Assembly: GCA_965240325.2 (NCBI GenBank)
Contig: OZ251228.1
Span: 2,542,001-2,606,000, forward strand
From: Rebecca billardiae RCC1528
Lineage: Eukaryota; Protista; Haptophyta
Direction of reading: 5' to 3'
Length of the DNA: 64,000 bases
The position numbers and the translations under genes are program-made. Below, one piece after another: positions 11,424-23,060 of this stretch. Every line of letters starts with the position of its first letter. The stretch's first letter is position 1. The notes under the pieces were generated by a model. It saw only the letters and a program-made list of their open reading frames with translations. It had not been told where the DNA came from and did not search any database.

Positions 11424-14400
11424 ATGTCGTCGGCGTACGCCGCGTACTCGCGCCCCGCCATCCCCTCGAGCGTGCGCGCTGCCGAGAGCGCCAACCCTGC
11501 CGCCGCAGCCGGCGCGCGCCGAGACGTGTCCTTCTTCCTGCCGACGAGCGCCTCGCGCGCGACGACGCGCGCAGGCGCCGGCTTCTCGGGGCTGAGCTTC
11601 GTGCCGCCGGAGCAGATGGCAGGGGCGCGTGGGCGCGGTGGGCTGCGCAGAGCCAACAGCGTCGGGCCGAGCCGAGCCGCTCCGGCCGACGCCGCGTACC
11701 GCTCGCCCGGCGGCGCCGCCGCGCAGGAGACGACGACGCACGGCGGCATTGCCGTCGCGTCCCGCCGGCAGGCGTGGGGAGACAGCCCGACGGCGGGGGG
11801 CGCGGACGCGGCCATGCTCGCGGCGCGCGCGCGCGAGCAGCAGGCGCTGCAGCACGAGCTGCAGAGCGCGCTGCACGAGCAGATCGGCGCGGGCGCGCGC
11901 GGCCTCGCGCGCGGCAGCGCGGCGAGCGCCGCGCAGCGGCTGCGGCCGCGGAGCGGCAAGGATGGGCAGCGCGCGCCGAGGCGGCAGTCGATTGCCGAGT
12001 ACGCCGACGCGACCGTGCCTCCGGGCGCCGACTGGCGGCGCCCGCCCGCCGACGGCGGGGTCGCCGTGCGCCAGTGGGCGCGCGGATACACGCCGCCGCC
12101 GCGGCTCAGCGGCAGCAGCGGCGCCGCCGCCGGCGCCGCAGGCGCCGCCGGCGCCGACGCGGCCAACCCGTACGTGAACGCGCGGCCTGTGGCCGTGCGC
12201 CGCTCCAAGTCGACGCGGCGGTCGAGCGCGGACATCGGCCTCGTCGCGAGCCCGCCGCGCCGCCTGCAGCGCGGTGGCGGCAGCGCGAGCGCCGGCGCGC
12301 GCCGCTCGGCCGCCGCCGCCAAGCCCAGGGCGGGCGCGGCGCGCGCTGCCGAGCGCGGCGGCGGCGGCGGGGGCGTGCCCGGCGGCGGCGGCGGTAGCAC
12401 GCGCGGCGCGGCGCCGAGCGGCCGCGCGGACGGCGCGGCCGACGCCTTCGTCCCGGACCCCACGCTGCGCACCCACGCGCCCGAGCTCGCGGACAGCCTG
12501 CAGGCGGCGGTTTCGGATCTGTCGCTGCTGCGAGCGTCCACGGCCGAGCGCGCGGCCGCTGACGCGCCTCGGCTCGAGCTCGCGCGCGAGATCGCGCAAT
12601 CTCGGCTGGAGATCGCGCGCGAGATCGCGCAGCGCGGGGGCTCGGCCGCGGCGGGTGGCGGCGGCGGCGGCGGCGGCGTGAGCGCGGCGGACATTGTCGC
12701 GGGCGACCCGGCCGCGCGCGCGCGCGGGCACGGCCACACGCAGCACCTCGGCGGCGGCGTCGACATCTGGCGCGCTGAGGCGGAGGAGGGCGGCGGCGGC
12801 GGCGCGGCGGGCGTGCGGGGCTCGCCTGCTCGCGCGCTCCGTGGCGTGGAGGAGGACGCTCGCGGCGTGCTCGATCGTCTCGGCACGGCGGGCTCCCTCG
12901 CAGGCGGCGGCGGCACCGTCACCGCCTCAGCGGGCGGTGCCACGGCGGGTGGCGGCGGCGCAAGCGGCGCAAGCGGCGGCGCAAGCAGCGGCGGCGTGGG
13001 CGGCGTGGGCGGTGAGAGCGAGGAGGAGCTGCGGCAGCGGCTGGCGATGGCGGAGGCGGTGATGCGCAAGCTGTACAGGCGCACGGCGCAGCTGGAGGAG
13101 ACGCTGCAGCGCGAGCGCGGCAGGCCCGCCACGGCGAGCGCCGCGCTGCCAGGCGGCGCTGGCAGCCCGGCGCGCCCGCCCAGCTCGGCCGCGGCCGCGC
13201 CACCGCCCGTGCCCACCACCGCCGCCGCCGCCGTCGCGAGCGCGGTGCGCAACTCACTCGGCGCCGCGCCGGCGCGGCCGTCGTCGACGGGCGGCAGGTC
13301 GCCCGCGCCCGGCGCCGCGGCCGCCTCGCCCGCGCGGCCGGCCGCGGGCGCCCCGGACGGCGCGGCCGACGAGGCGGGCGCGGCGGCAGCCGAGCTGAGC
13401 GCGGGCGCGGCTGAGAGCGCGGGCGCGGCCGAGGGCGCGGGCGCGGGCGGCAGCAGGGGCAGCGCCCTCGACGAGCACGCGCTCTACTTGCTCGAGCAGC
13501 ACGAGCGCCGCGCGGCGGAGATGGAGGAGACGCTGGCCTCGATGGCGACGCACGTGCAGAGCCTCGAGCGCCGGCTGCTGCAGCAGCAGGGCGTGGGCGA
13601 GGAGGTGCGCAGCCGTGCGCAGCCGTGCGCAGCCGTGCGCAGCCGTGCGCAGCCGTGCGCAGCCGTGCGCGCCCACGCGCGGCAGCGCGCGGCCACGCGC
13701 ACACGCCACGCGCGCGTGCGCAGCGCGCTGAGCCCCGCCCCCCGCCCCCCCGCCCTCCCAGGTGAGCGCGCTGCGCGTCGAGGTGGCGGCCGCGCAGGAG
13801 GAGCGGCAGATGGTCGCCGACCGGTACGCGCGGATGCGCGCGGAGCACCGCTCCCTGCTCAAGTCGAGGGCGGCGTCGCTCAAGGGGAGCTCGGCGAAGG
13901 GGGTGGCGCGCGAGGCGGGCGCGCTGATCGCCGAGCTCGAGGCACACCTTGAGCGCGAGCGGCGCGAGAACGCCGCGCACCAGCGCGCCCTCAACGAGCG
14001 GCTCTACCAGCAGGAGCAGCAGCAGTGCGACTGGTGCGCGCCCACTGCGGCACCGCGCCCGCCGCCGGCACCGCACTGCCTGCGGCGGTGGCAGCACGGT
14101 GGCGCACCGCCCGGCGCGGTGCTGTGAGCCGTCGCTTGGCCAGCCACGCGCGCGCGCGCACCGTGCTCAGCGCGCGCACCGTCCCGCCCTCTCCCACGCT
14201 CCCCCCGGCTGATCGCCCGGCTGCCACCCGCGCACCCTCGCGTCCGCCCGCGCACGCACGCGCCCGTCCGCGCAGGTACGTGGAGCGGCGGCTGCTGGAG
14301 GAGAAGGTGCACTCGCTCTCGGGGCAGATCCACGTGCGCGACAGTCTGGAGAGCTCGATCGAGGCGCGCATGTTCTCGCTGTTCGGGCGGCTGCAGCAGC

Positions 14401-14600
14401 TCGAGGACTCCAACCTGCAGCTGGCCATGGCCAACGAGGAGATGGCCGCGCGCTCGGCCACGGCGGACGGCCAAGCGGATGGTGCGCCGACGCCGCTGAC
14501 AGGCGACGGGGCCCAGCAGCCGGCACCGGCCGGCACCAGCCCTCAGCCCCTCGCACTTGGCACGCCGCCTGCCTCAGCAGAGATGGGTGGGGCCGCCTGA
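11424..14600 (+). CDS. Low-complexity coiled-coil protein of unknown function; introns 13605-13761 and 14034-14275
   Basis: Long ORF with coiled-coil stretches (EELRQRLAMAEAVMRKLY, LIAELEAHLERE, LFGRLQQLEDSNLQL). GTGCGC...CAG introns join the frames; the first intron holds a 10-bp tandem repeat (gcagccgtgc)n. Confidence 0.7.
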
Positions 14601-14921
14601 GGCTGAGTGCGGCGCGTCGGCGAGGAGCCGACGATGGCGAGGGCTCACTCACTGACTAGTCACTCACACTGCGCGCGGCCACGGTCATCAGATATATATA
14701 TATATAGTATATATATATATATATATATACTATATATATATATATATATTCAGCACATGCAGCCGCCACGCGTCGTACTCGGCAGTACACGACGCCGGTA
14801 CTACTTAATGGCGGCAAGAGACAGGCGGCAATAATACTCAGTCTGACTGAATAATATATACTCGCTTCAAGAGTGAAGAGTACTGACGGCGGGCCACCCG
14901 GCGGCAACTTAATTCTTATAA

Positions 14922-16746
14922 TAGCCCGCGGTGTAGGGCGGAGCGCGTAGCGTGGAGCCCCGCCGGGGGCCCTCACTACGTTGTCAAAAAGATATCTTTT
15001 GATCAAAGAAAAGGGGACGGGGGACGATTTTGAGGGCTGTTGGAGGGCGGTGAGTTTTCGCTTTTTCGAGGGGTACATTGGCCCATTACTCTCCATTAGC
15101 AAGATGCGATTGACGAAATAAGCGCGCCCGCGCCATTCCGCATAAGTCGATGGACGGACGTAAGCCTGTGGACGTGCATTTGTCAGTATATCTGGGTAGT
15201 GACGAACGAATATATCTAGCTGCGATTTGTTGTAAATATAAATATTCATACGGAACAAAACTTGGTCGCCAGTCCGCGGGACCAACCGGACCCACCTGGG
15301 CCGGACGTGTTTTTTAAAAGTGCATGTGCACGGGGGTCCTACAGTAGCAGGGTATTCTACCAATAAGGGGGTTCCCGTTCATTCCATCTTCTGCGACGAT
15401 ACGCCATACGGTTGAACGTGCATGGTCGTAAATGGACATGGTTCCCGCGGAAGCCACTACTCACTAGAGGGCGCACTGCAGACTGAAAAGATGATCACTC
15501 CGTAGGGTACTGTATTCGTGACGAATATACAGCAGACGAAATTGCACTACTACTATGGGGCAAGGCCCTTGACGACTCGCCGGTACGCGCCGGCGCGCGC
15601 CGCGACGTGGCCGAGCCCTTGACTCGGAGGCCCGGGGACCGTGCGTGCGCGTGCCGCCGCAGTAAGTACGCCGCGGTGCGCGAGGTGGTGGGCTGGTGGC
15701 GGGGGCCGGCCGGCCGCTGCCTCTCGCCCTCGCACTCTGCTCTCCCCGAGCGCGCCTGTTGCCTCGCAGGCCCCGCGTCTACTCCGTCTCGCCCGGCCCT
15801 CGCGCTCCGCTCTCACCGAGCGCGCCCACCGGTCTAATGTCGTCTTGCCGCGGGCCGCGTGGCCGAGTCACGCCGAGTCGGCGCGCGCCCAACAACCTGC
15901 CCGCGGGCGCGTTCGTCGCTCGAGGAGGAGCGCGCAAGGGCGAGCCGAGTCCGGAGCACTACTACGCGAGCTCGTCGCTTGAGGAATGAGGACCTGGACG
16001 GGAGCGCGCCGCGACGGCACGCCGCAGCGGAGATGCCGCCGGATGGCGATGCGCCCGGACGGCTCGCGCGGCTGAAGGGCGAGCTCGAGCTCGCGAGCGA
16101 GCTCCTCGACGCCGAGCGCGAGCTCCTCCTCAACTCGGTCGTCGACCGCGCCGGAGGTGCAGCAGCAGCAACTCGGCGAGCACGCACGGCCACGGGCTGC
16201 CGATTGTCAGCCTGCCGCGCTGGCTGGCCGCCGCCGTGGCTTCGAGGCCGACGCGGCGGACGAGGAGGCGGCGGGCGAGCACGGCGGCGCGGTGGAGCAG
16301 GCGCGCACGCGCGGCGGCAGGCGCGACGCGCCGCTCGCCTCGTTCCACTCCGAGCTCCGCTCGGTCTCGCCTCTGGCGATCGGCCGTGCGCGGCTGCGCA
16401 GCGCAGGCCGGGGCCGAGCAGTGCCCGCTGGCAGTGGCGCGCGCTCTCGCTCTGCCGGCACGAGGCGCGCCGGCTGAGCAACCAGTGGCCCGTCGTCGAG
16501 TGCATGGCGCAGCGCGAGCACCTCAAGCAGGTGCGCCCGCACGCCCGCACGCGCCGGCCCGCGCCGCGCGGCGCCTCTCGCCCTGCGCGCGCGCGCCGCC
16601 CCGGCGGCCGCGCTTCCCGCCGCGCGGCACGCGGCGACAGTCCTCGGCCCGCCATGTCAGTCAGACTGATCGACAGCAGCCGACGGAGGTTGTACCGCGG
16701 GCCCCTAACTACGTTGGTTCTACGGAAGGACCGCGGAACGCGGTCA
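14922..16746 (+). mobile_element. Non-autonomous element E3
   Basis: Starts TAGCCCGCGGTG; ends CCGCGGGCCC...GACCGCGGAACGCGGTCA; colinear with E4; interior shared with E2. Confidence 0.85.
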
Positions 16747-17201
16747 TCATAAATATTAAACTATATATATACATCACTACTGCTGCACTCAACAGCTCGA
16801 CGCACCGTCTGGCGTCGACGCGCGCGCGCCACCGCGGTGGTCGCGGTGCCACGCGTCGTCAGCCGTCGTCTCGAAGTAGTCGTCGTACGCAGCGTCCCCG
16901 CGGGCGCGTGCCCCCGGGCGCACGTGCGCCATGCGCGCGCGGGCGATGAGCATCTTGGCCTGGCCACGCAGGCAGCGCATGCCCCGTGAGTGAGCTCGCG
17001 CCGCATGGATGGTGCCGAGCAGCGCGCGCTCGGCGGCGGGGCGCGAGTGCGCGCTGAGGCGCGCGCGCCACGTGTCCCGCCCCATCTTGGCGATCTTCTT
17101 GAGGGTGAGGTCCACCTCCAGCTCCGCGCTCCATCCCGACTCGCCGAACGAACGCCCTGACCACGACAATCGGATATATATATATAGTTAAATATAGCTC
17201 T

Positions 17202-17230
<29 letters not shown>
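17202..17230. repeat. (GA)n microsatellite
   Basis: Visible dinucleotide run. Confidence 0.95.
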
Positions 17231-17233
<3 letters not shown>

Positions 17234-17234
<1 letters not shown>

Positions 17235-18262
17235 AGTTGACTAAGACTAAGAGACGCACACACAGCACTTATTTCCAATGATTCGTAGTCTAATTCTAGT
17301 TCGATAGTAGACCTATCCACCGCAGCCACCTCCCCCACAAGCTCCGCCGCCATCGCCGTCGCCGCCACCATCGCCACCGCCGCCATCGTGCCCGTCCCCG
17401 AGTGCAAACAGACCGCCGCAACCACCCCCGAAGCTACAGCCGCCGGCGGCGCACCCCGCCCCAGCGCAGCCCGCGCCGACCCCGCAGGCCGCAGCGCACC
17501 CGCCCGCGCCAGCCTGCCAGTGGTCGGCAAAGGCCGTGTGTCTGGGGAAGGGGCTCGGCACGAGGCGGGCACAGATGGTACCGGCCAGAGGGAGGTAGAT
17601 GCCGAGGAGCACGCACGGAGGGACGATCCAAAAGAGCGAGAGCAGCGGGGGCTCGCGTGAGCCAAGGATGCCGATCGCCACGAGGGCCGCGACGGTGACA
17701 AGGGCGGGGAGGGCGATGAGCCGGCGCCGGAGGCGCGCACGCGCCATGGCCACCCGCTTCCTCCGATCCACTGGGCACACGAAGAGGGTGCCGTTTGCCG
17801 TTGGCGCGCCATCGGGAAGGTTGGGGACCACGAGCGAGGCCTGCTGCTGCTTGCCACCCCCGTCCTCGTACGCGAAGCCGATGCGGGTGCCTGGTCGAGC
17901 GCCGGGCGGAGCCACGACCACCAGGTACGAGATGTGCGCGCTCGCCGGGCGCCCAAATGGCGGCGGGATGAGGCCAGCCGGCTCGGTGCTCTTCAGGAGT
18001 TGTGGCCGCGGGTCGGACTGCGAGCGCTTGCGCGGCGCGACGTACCACGCCAGCCCTCGTGGCGTCGTCACCGTCGGAACGACGGCCTCCGACTCGGTGC
18101 CCGCAGGCGGCGCCATGCTGCTGGCCTGAAAAGTGAAAACGGAGCTTTGCCGTAATCTCGCCTGCCTGAGCTGTGTGCGTCTCTTATTCTTAGTAAACTG
18201 CATGTACAGTTGACTAAGAATAATAAGAGACGCGCACACAGCTCAGGCAGGCGAGATTGACG
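17234..18262. mobile_element. Tc1/mariner-like TIR copies (CAGTTGACTAAG..AAGAGACGCACACAGC) at 17234-17266, 18154-18200 (inverted) and 18207-18258
   Basis: Direct comparison. The copy at 18207 is preceded by TA and the homologous end at 58693 is followed by TA. Confidence 0.6.
17313..18117 (-). CDS. Small two-TM membrane protein with Gly/Cys-rich C-terminal tail (GGGCGGGGCGG)
   Basis: ATG near 18117 (MAPPAGTESEAV); hydrophobic segments LIALPALVTVAALVAIGIL and LLSLFWIVPPCVLLGIYLPL; tail resembles TIGR04222/GRDP-type Gly-Cys tails. Confidence 0.6.
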
Positions 18263-18838
18263 CCCGCCAACCGAGGGCCGTGCCCTTACTTACGGCCCAA
18301 GTTGCGCCAACTGTCACCGCCCATGAAGCCGTCGCCGGTAGCGCCGTCGGAAGATTCGTTCAGCCGTCCGCCTGCGAGGCCTGGATGAGGGCTGCGGCAG
18401 GGCGCGCCACAGTATTATTGTGTATCCGGACTACTTTCGATGACGAGCTAGACGAGGCATTATTGTAATTGAGTGCGCAGAGCTTGGACCGCGTCGCCGG
18501 CAGGTCCGTAGTGGTAGTCGGCCTGCTCCTCTACTACCTCTTCGCCGGGGCTGGCGCGCGTCCATGGCCGCCGCGCGCGGCGGGGGCTCCTATCACTAGT
18601 ACGGCGCTACTATCAGTGTACAGCGGCTTATAAGATCATCGTCATCAGTATGTTATAGCACTTAGCCGCAGATTCTGAATATGAGATTCTGATTCTCGGA
18701 CTAAATTATATATATATATATATATATAGATATATATATTATTTATTAGACTGAGACTCCGCCTCAGTAAACTCTCAGACTACTAAGGAGTAAGGTGTGA
18801 CAGTGTGTGTGCATCTAGTTAGACGACGATCGATGATA

Positions 18839-20482
18839 TTAATGGCGCAGCAGCCGCCAGCCCGTTGACGATGGCCGTCGAGCTGCCGGGCCGTTGAGCG
18901 CGTCGAAGGTCGCCGTGCTCAGCTGCTCCTCGAGCAGGACCGAGCGGCCGCCGCGGCCCGTCGAGCTCGCCTGCCGCCGCGTCGTGCCCGACCGGTGCGC
19001 GTGCGCCACGCCCAGGCCGTGCGTGGCCCCGCGCGCCGCGCGCGCCACTCCGAGCAGCAGCAGCGCGCACGCCCACGACGACGCGCTCACGCTGCGCGCC
19101 CCAGCCAGCAGCAGGCTGAGCAGCCTCGCGAGCAGCCAGGCGCCGAGCCCGCGCGCGGGCCGGGGCGAGGCAGGCGGCGAGCTCGCATCTGCGCCGAGCA
19201 CGTGTGCACGCGTTGGCGCGTCCTCGGCGGCGCTCCTCCGCAGGGAGCGCAGCTCGGCTGGCGTCGGCGGCCCTGCCTCGGCGGTTGGAGGCTTGAGTTG
19301 CGCCGGCGCTTCTGCCGAGCCGGCTGCGCGAGGTGGGAGGGCGGCGGCGGCCGTGCGTGCAAGCCCCAACGCAGTCGTGGGCACCGGGGCCACGTGGGGC
19401 GTGCGCGCGGGCGTCCTCGCCAGCGCCGCGCAGCCGAGCGCAGCCAGCGCACACGCGAGCATGCGCAAAGCGTGGCGCGGCCGCGGCGACCGAGAGCGCG
19501 CGCGCTCGGGCGCGGCCGCTCGTAGGCGGCGGGCCGCAGCCGCCTCGCGCAGCGTGGCACGCTCGGCGGTGGACTCGGCGAGCAGGCGCGCGCCGTCCTC
19601 CTCCCCGGCGTGTCCCGCGCGGGCCGCGGAAGGCGCCTCGCCGTCCGCCTGCCCGCCAGCGCCTTCGCCCCCGCGCGCAGCGTCGCCATCGGCCGGCCGG
19701 TCGGCCGGCGGCGGCTGCGGCGGCTGCGGCGGCTGCTGGATGAGGTCGCGCGTGCGCGGCGCGTCGCACGCGCGGCACGTGTCCACGCCGAGCTCGTTGT
19801 GCAGCGTGCACCGCACGCACGCCCACGCCATCCGCCCCTCGCTCGGCAGCGCGCCGCTCCAGCGCGGCCACGCGTCGATGCTGGGCGCAAACCAGCCACA
19901 GCGCGGGCAGCGGTTGTCGACGGAGCTGGGCGCGTGCTGGCCGCGCACGGGCTCGCCGTGGTGCGTGCGCAGGTCGGCGCAGGCGTAGTGCGTCACGGGG
20001 CCGAACGCGCACCGCCCGCACTGCCGCGCGTTCGGGAACGCGCTGCGCAGCGACTGCGCGAGCAGCTCGCCGTCCGCGCGCACGCGCTCGTGCCGCGCCG
20101 CAGCCGCGCGGATTCGGGCGACCTCGCGCTCGAGCTGCTGCTGCGCGCGCTGCCACGTGCGGTGGCGGTCGGTGCGCTGCCGCGCGCGGAAGTACAGCTG
20201 CACGGTCGCCTCGGGCGCGTGCTTCGCCACGGTGCCGTCCCCAAAGGGCGGCGCGTCGCACGCGCCGTTTGGCGGCGCGTAGGGGCACGGCACGGCGCCG
20301 TTGCGCGCGAGCACCTCGTCGAACGTGACGTCGTCGCTCGAGGCGAGCTCGACGCACGCGGCAAAGCAGTCGTCGCAGAACCAGTGCGCCTCGCTCCCGC
20401 GGCAAGCCACGCCCTCGGCCGGCTCAAAGCCGTCCTCAAAGCATAGCTGGCACGACGCTGTTCGCGCCGCCAATCCCGCCAT
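18839..20482 (-). CDS. RING/RBR-like zinc-finger protein with IBR-like Cys/His domain, RanBP2-type finger and hydrophobic C-terminus (putative E3 ligase)
   Basis: CQLCFED...C...H.FCDDC...CPY; QCGRCAFGPVTHYACADLRTHHG...CPRCGW; WACVRCTLHNELGVDTCRAC. ATG at 20482. Confidence 0.75.
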   Translation of the reverse strand: MAGLAARTASCQLCFEDGFEPAEGVACRGSEAHWFCDDCFAACVELASSDDVTFDEVLARNGAVPCPYAPPNGACDAPPFGDGTVAKHAPEATVQLYFRARQRTDRHRTWQRAQQQLEREVARIRAAAARHERVRADGELLAQSLRSAFPNARQCGRCAFGPVTHYACADLRTHHGEPVRGQHAPSSVDNRCPRCGWFAPSIDAWPRWSGALPSEGRMAWACVRCTLHNELGVDTCRACDAPRTRDLIQQPPQPPQPPPADRPADGDAARGGEGAGGQADGEAPSAARAGHAGEEDGARLLAESTAERATLREAAAARRLRAAAPERARSRSPRPRHALRMLACALAALGCAALARTPARTPHVAPVPTTALGLARTAAAALPPRAAGSAEAPAQLKPPTAEAGPPTPAELRSLRRSAAEDAPTRAHVLGADASSPPASPRPARGLGAWLLARLLSLLLAGARSVSASSWACALLLLGVARAARGATHGLGVAHAHRSGTTRRQASSTGRGGRSVLLEEQLSTATFDALNGPAARRPSSTGWRLLRH

Positions 20483-20699
20483 CGATCTGGCGGCCGCTGC
20501 TTGCCCAGTCCACCTTGACCAGCCGGCCTTTTCCCCGGCCGTCGTCCTCACCGGATCAACCGGTCCAACTGACGGCGCGCTGCATCTAAAAATATCGTCG
20601 CCAGCGCGCCAACAGCGGCGGACGGGTCCAGACCGTCTGGCCAAGGCCAGGGCGGAGGTCCACAGCAAGGGGACGACGGCCGCGCGCGAGGCGGACGGC

Positions 20700-21752
20700 A
20701 TGGCGATGGTTGACGACATCTTCCACGCGGCCGCTCGCGGCGACACAGATCGAGTGCGCGCGTGCCTCCACGAGGCGGAGGTCTGGGGCGTGCCCCTTGT
20801 CGACGGCGTGGACGAGGCGGGTCGGACGGCGCTTTTCTACGCGCAGCTCAACGAGCGCGCCGCGGTCGTCGAGCTTCTCAAGGGCGAGGGGTGGTCGGCG
20901 ATGGACGAGGCCAACATGTTCCGCTCGTCAGGCGGGAAGCTCTGCTTCTGGAACGAGCCGCGCGGGGCCTCGCGCCGTGCGCGCGCGCCGGCCCCTGTCC
21001 GGCCCGCGCTCAGCGTGCACAACCCAAACCGTGGCGTGGAGCCGGTGGCGGCAGCCGGCGCGCAGGCGCACGCCCCGCAGCGGGCATCCTCGAAGAAGAC
21101 GAAGGTGGTCTTGCGCCGGCGCGAGCGCACGCGCAGCCGCGCGCAGGACACGACGGTGCTCGGCTTCTTCGAGGCCGACGCGGGCGTGCGCGCGCGCGCC
21201 AAGCTGGTCTCGCTGCGCCAGGACGCGCCCGGCGTGGAGGCCGTGCACGTGCGGAGCGAGAGCGAGGCGAGGCACTCATCCCGGCGGCATGTGTACTGGC
21301 GGCTCCGTCCAAACGCGGCGGGCGCCATCACGCAGGCCTGGCGCGGCTGCGCCGACCTCCTCTCCCTCGCGGAGGCGGACGTGGCAGCTGAGTGGGAGGC
21401 GGAGGAGCGGCGCGCGCACGAGGAGCGGCCGGCGCCAGCGGCATGGCCGACGGCGGAGGAGGGAGGCACGGCCGGGCACGTTGCGCTGGGCCACGCCGCG
21501 CTACGCGAGCCCGACGTGCCCGCCCTCGACTCCGCTGAGCCAGTGAGCCCCCTCTCTGAGTCCGAGTGGGTGCTCGTGCACGCAGACTCAGCACGGGCGG
21601 CCAGCTCGGGCTCAGAGGCGCGTTACGAGTCGGCCGAGGTCCTCAGCACGGTCGCCGACTCGATGGGAGTCGCGTCGCTCTCCGATGACTCTGGCAGCGA
21701 CGATGACGACGAGTTCTGCAAGGCAGTTGTGGTTGGGCAGGTACCGTGGTGA
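20700..21752 (+). CDS. Ankyrin-repeat protein with acidic C-terminus
   Basis: IFHAAARGDTDRVRACL and DEAGRTALFYAQLNERAAVVELL. ATG at 20700, divergent from the RING gene across about 220 bp. Confidence 0.7.
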   Translation: MAMVDDIFHAAARGDTDRVRACLHEAEVWGVPLVDGVDEAGRTALFYAQLNERAAVVELLKGEGWSAMDEANMFRSSGGKLCFWNEPRGASRRARAPAPVRPALSVHNPNRGVEPVAAAGAQAHAPQRASSKKTKVVLRRRERTRSRAQDTTVLGFFEADAGVRARAKLVSLRQDAPGVEAVHVRSESEARHSSRRHVYWRLRPNAAGAITQAWRGCADLLSLAEADVAAEWEAEERRAHEERPAPAAWPTAEEGGTAGHVALGHAALREPDVPALDSAEPVSPLSESEWVLVHADSARAASSGSEARYESAEVLSTVADSMGVASLSDDSGSDDDDEFCKAVVVGQVPW

Positions 21753-21929
21753 CCGCGACGTCCGCGGACGGCTCATCCGTTAGTGATGCCTCGTCCGAGG
21801 CCTGGAGTTACGGATCGTCGGATGGCAGCGGTCGTCGCGTAGCACACTTGTTACTACTTGTGCTGATGTGCCGACAGCACGGACAACGGCGGCCGTGGGA
21901 CACGGAGTGGGAACTGACTCCTGTAGCTA

Positions 21930-22481
21930 TGGAGCGCTCGTTGGAACTTGAGCCGGGGTGGTTCAACTTGACCCCGCATTTCCTGGCAGCGAAGTGCCCC
22001 ATCTCGGCGGGGCTGGCACGCTCGGCACACCCGTCCTGAGCGCTCGCTTCCGCGCACCACATCCGCGCTACACGGCCTGCGCGCTGGACGACTGAGAGGC
22101 AACGCCGAACTACTGCATTCCACTACCCCGCATGCACCCCGAGTCACCTTCAGAGGGCGTCGACGAGCGCAGAGCGGGTGGGCGGGAGTTCGACCAACTC
22201 GTGTACCTTCTTGCAAGCACCAGCGGCGAGGTCGCAAGCCGAACCTTGGCCAGCCGTGGAACTTGAGCTGGTCGGCAGCTAAACCACCGCTTGGCACCGG
22301 ATCAAGTTAGCAGCGTGCGAGGAGGAGGCGCGGTGCGCGTCCGCAGCTGGCGAGAGGCGTCCGGAACGTGCCGTTCTCGGCCACGCCCGCGCGCTTCCCG
22401 CCGCCGCGGGCCCCGTGTACGCCCGTCGTCGCCCTCGCCGCGTGGGCGTCAAACCGGGCTCAAGATCCAACGAGCGCTCCA
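21930..22481. mobile_element. ~550-bp MITE-like element with ~25-bp TIRs and TA flanks
   Basis: TA-TGGAGCGCTCGTTGGAACTTGAGCC (21928-21954) is inverse to GGCTCAAGATCCAACGAGCGCTCCA-TA (22457-22483), 1 mismatch. Confidence 0.6.
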
Positions 22482-22673
22482 TACGCTCGACGAGCTGGTA
22501 ATGTGTGATCCAGGCGCGCAACGGGGTGACGAAGCGGACGGGCAGTATCAAGCAGTCAGCATGGGTGCGCTGGCAGTGGCCTGAATTATGCCAACCTGGC
22601 TTGGTGCTGCTTGCGCGCCGACAATACCGCAGTCCAGGTGCCCGCACGAGCTTGGCCACTTGCTGCACGGTCC

Positions 22674-22930
22674 ACCTTGGTGCAGCCGGTGTGACCACAC
22701 TTGGGGCTGACCACGTCGACCATGCCGGCCAGCTTGTGCGTAGCGCAGCGGCTGGCGCGCGCGTCGCCCGGCATGCCGTACGAAGGCCCCTTGGTGCAGC
22801 CCGCGTGATCACACTTGCGGCCCTTCACGTTGACCATGCCGGCCAGCTTGTGCGTAGCGCACCGGCTGGCGCGCGCGTCGCCCGGCATGCCGAAGTAAGG
22901 GTTCGTGGTGCAGCCAGTGTGATCACACAG
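22674..22930 (-). pseudogene. Orphan EsV-1-7 repeat fragment (about 2.3 units)
   Basis: Reverse-strand CDHTGCTTNPYFG...CDHAGCTKGPSYG...CGHTGCTKV, near-identical in nucleotides to the two long arrays and truncated at both ends. Confidence 0.85.
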
Positions 22931-23060
22931 GGTGCCTGGGCGAGAGTCCTCGCGGTCGGGCTCGTCGAGTCGTCAGCGAGCGAGGTGCCTACGCCTGCGA
23001 GAGCGCTGGCCCGCCCCGCGAGAGTCGGCTGTGTGACGATCCAGGCGCGCTACCATCAGC

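Noticed and set aside
11177-13252. Long antisense or alternative-frame ORFs (also 23079-25112, 44762-46825, 47620-50556, 51045-53573 and others)
   Set aside because: Arg/Ala/Pro-rich shadow frames expected at this GC content, overlapping better-supported genes.
16789-17169. Protein-like minus-strand fragment (LEVDLTLKKIAKMGRDTW...)
   Set aside because: No ATG start or domain and wedged between repeats; cannot be supported as a gene.
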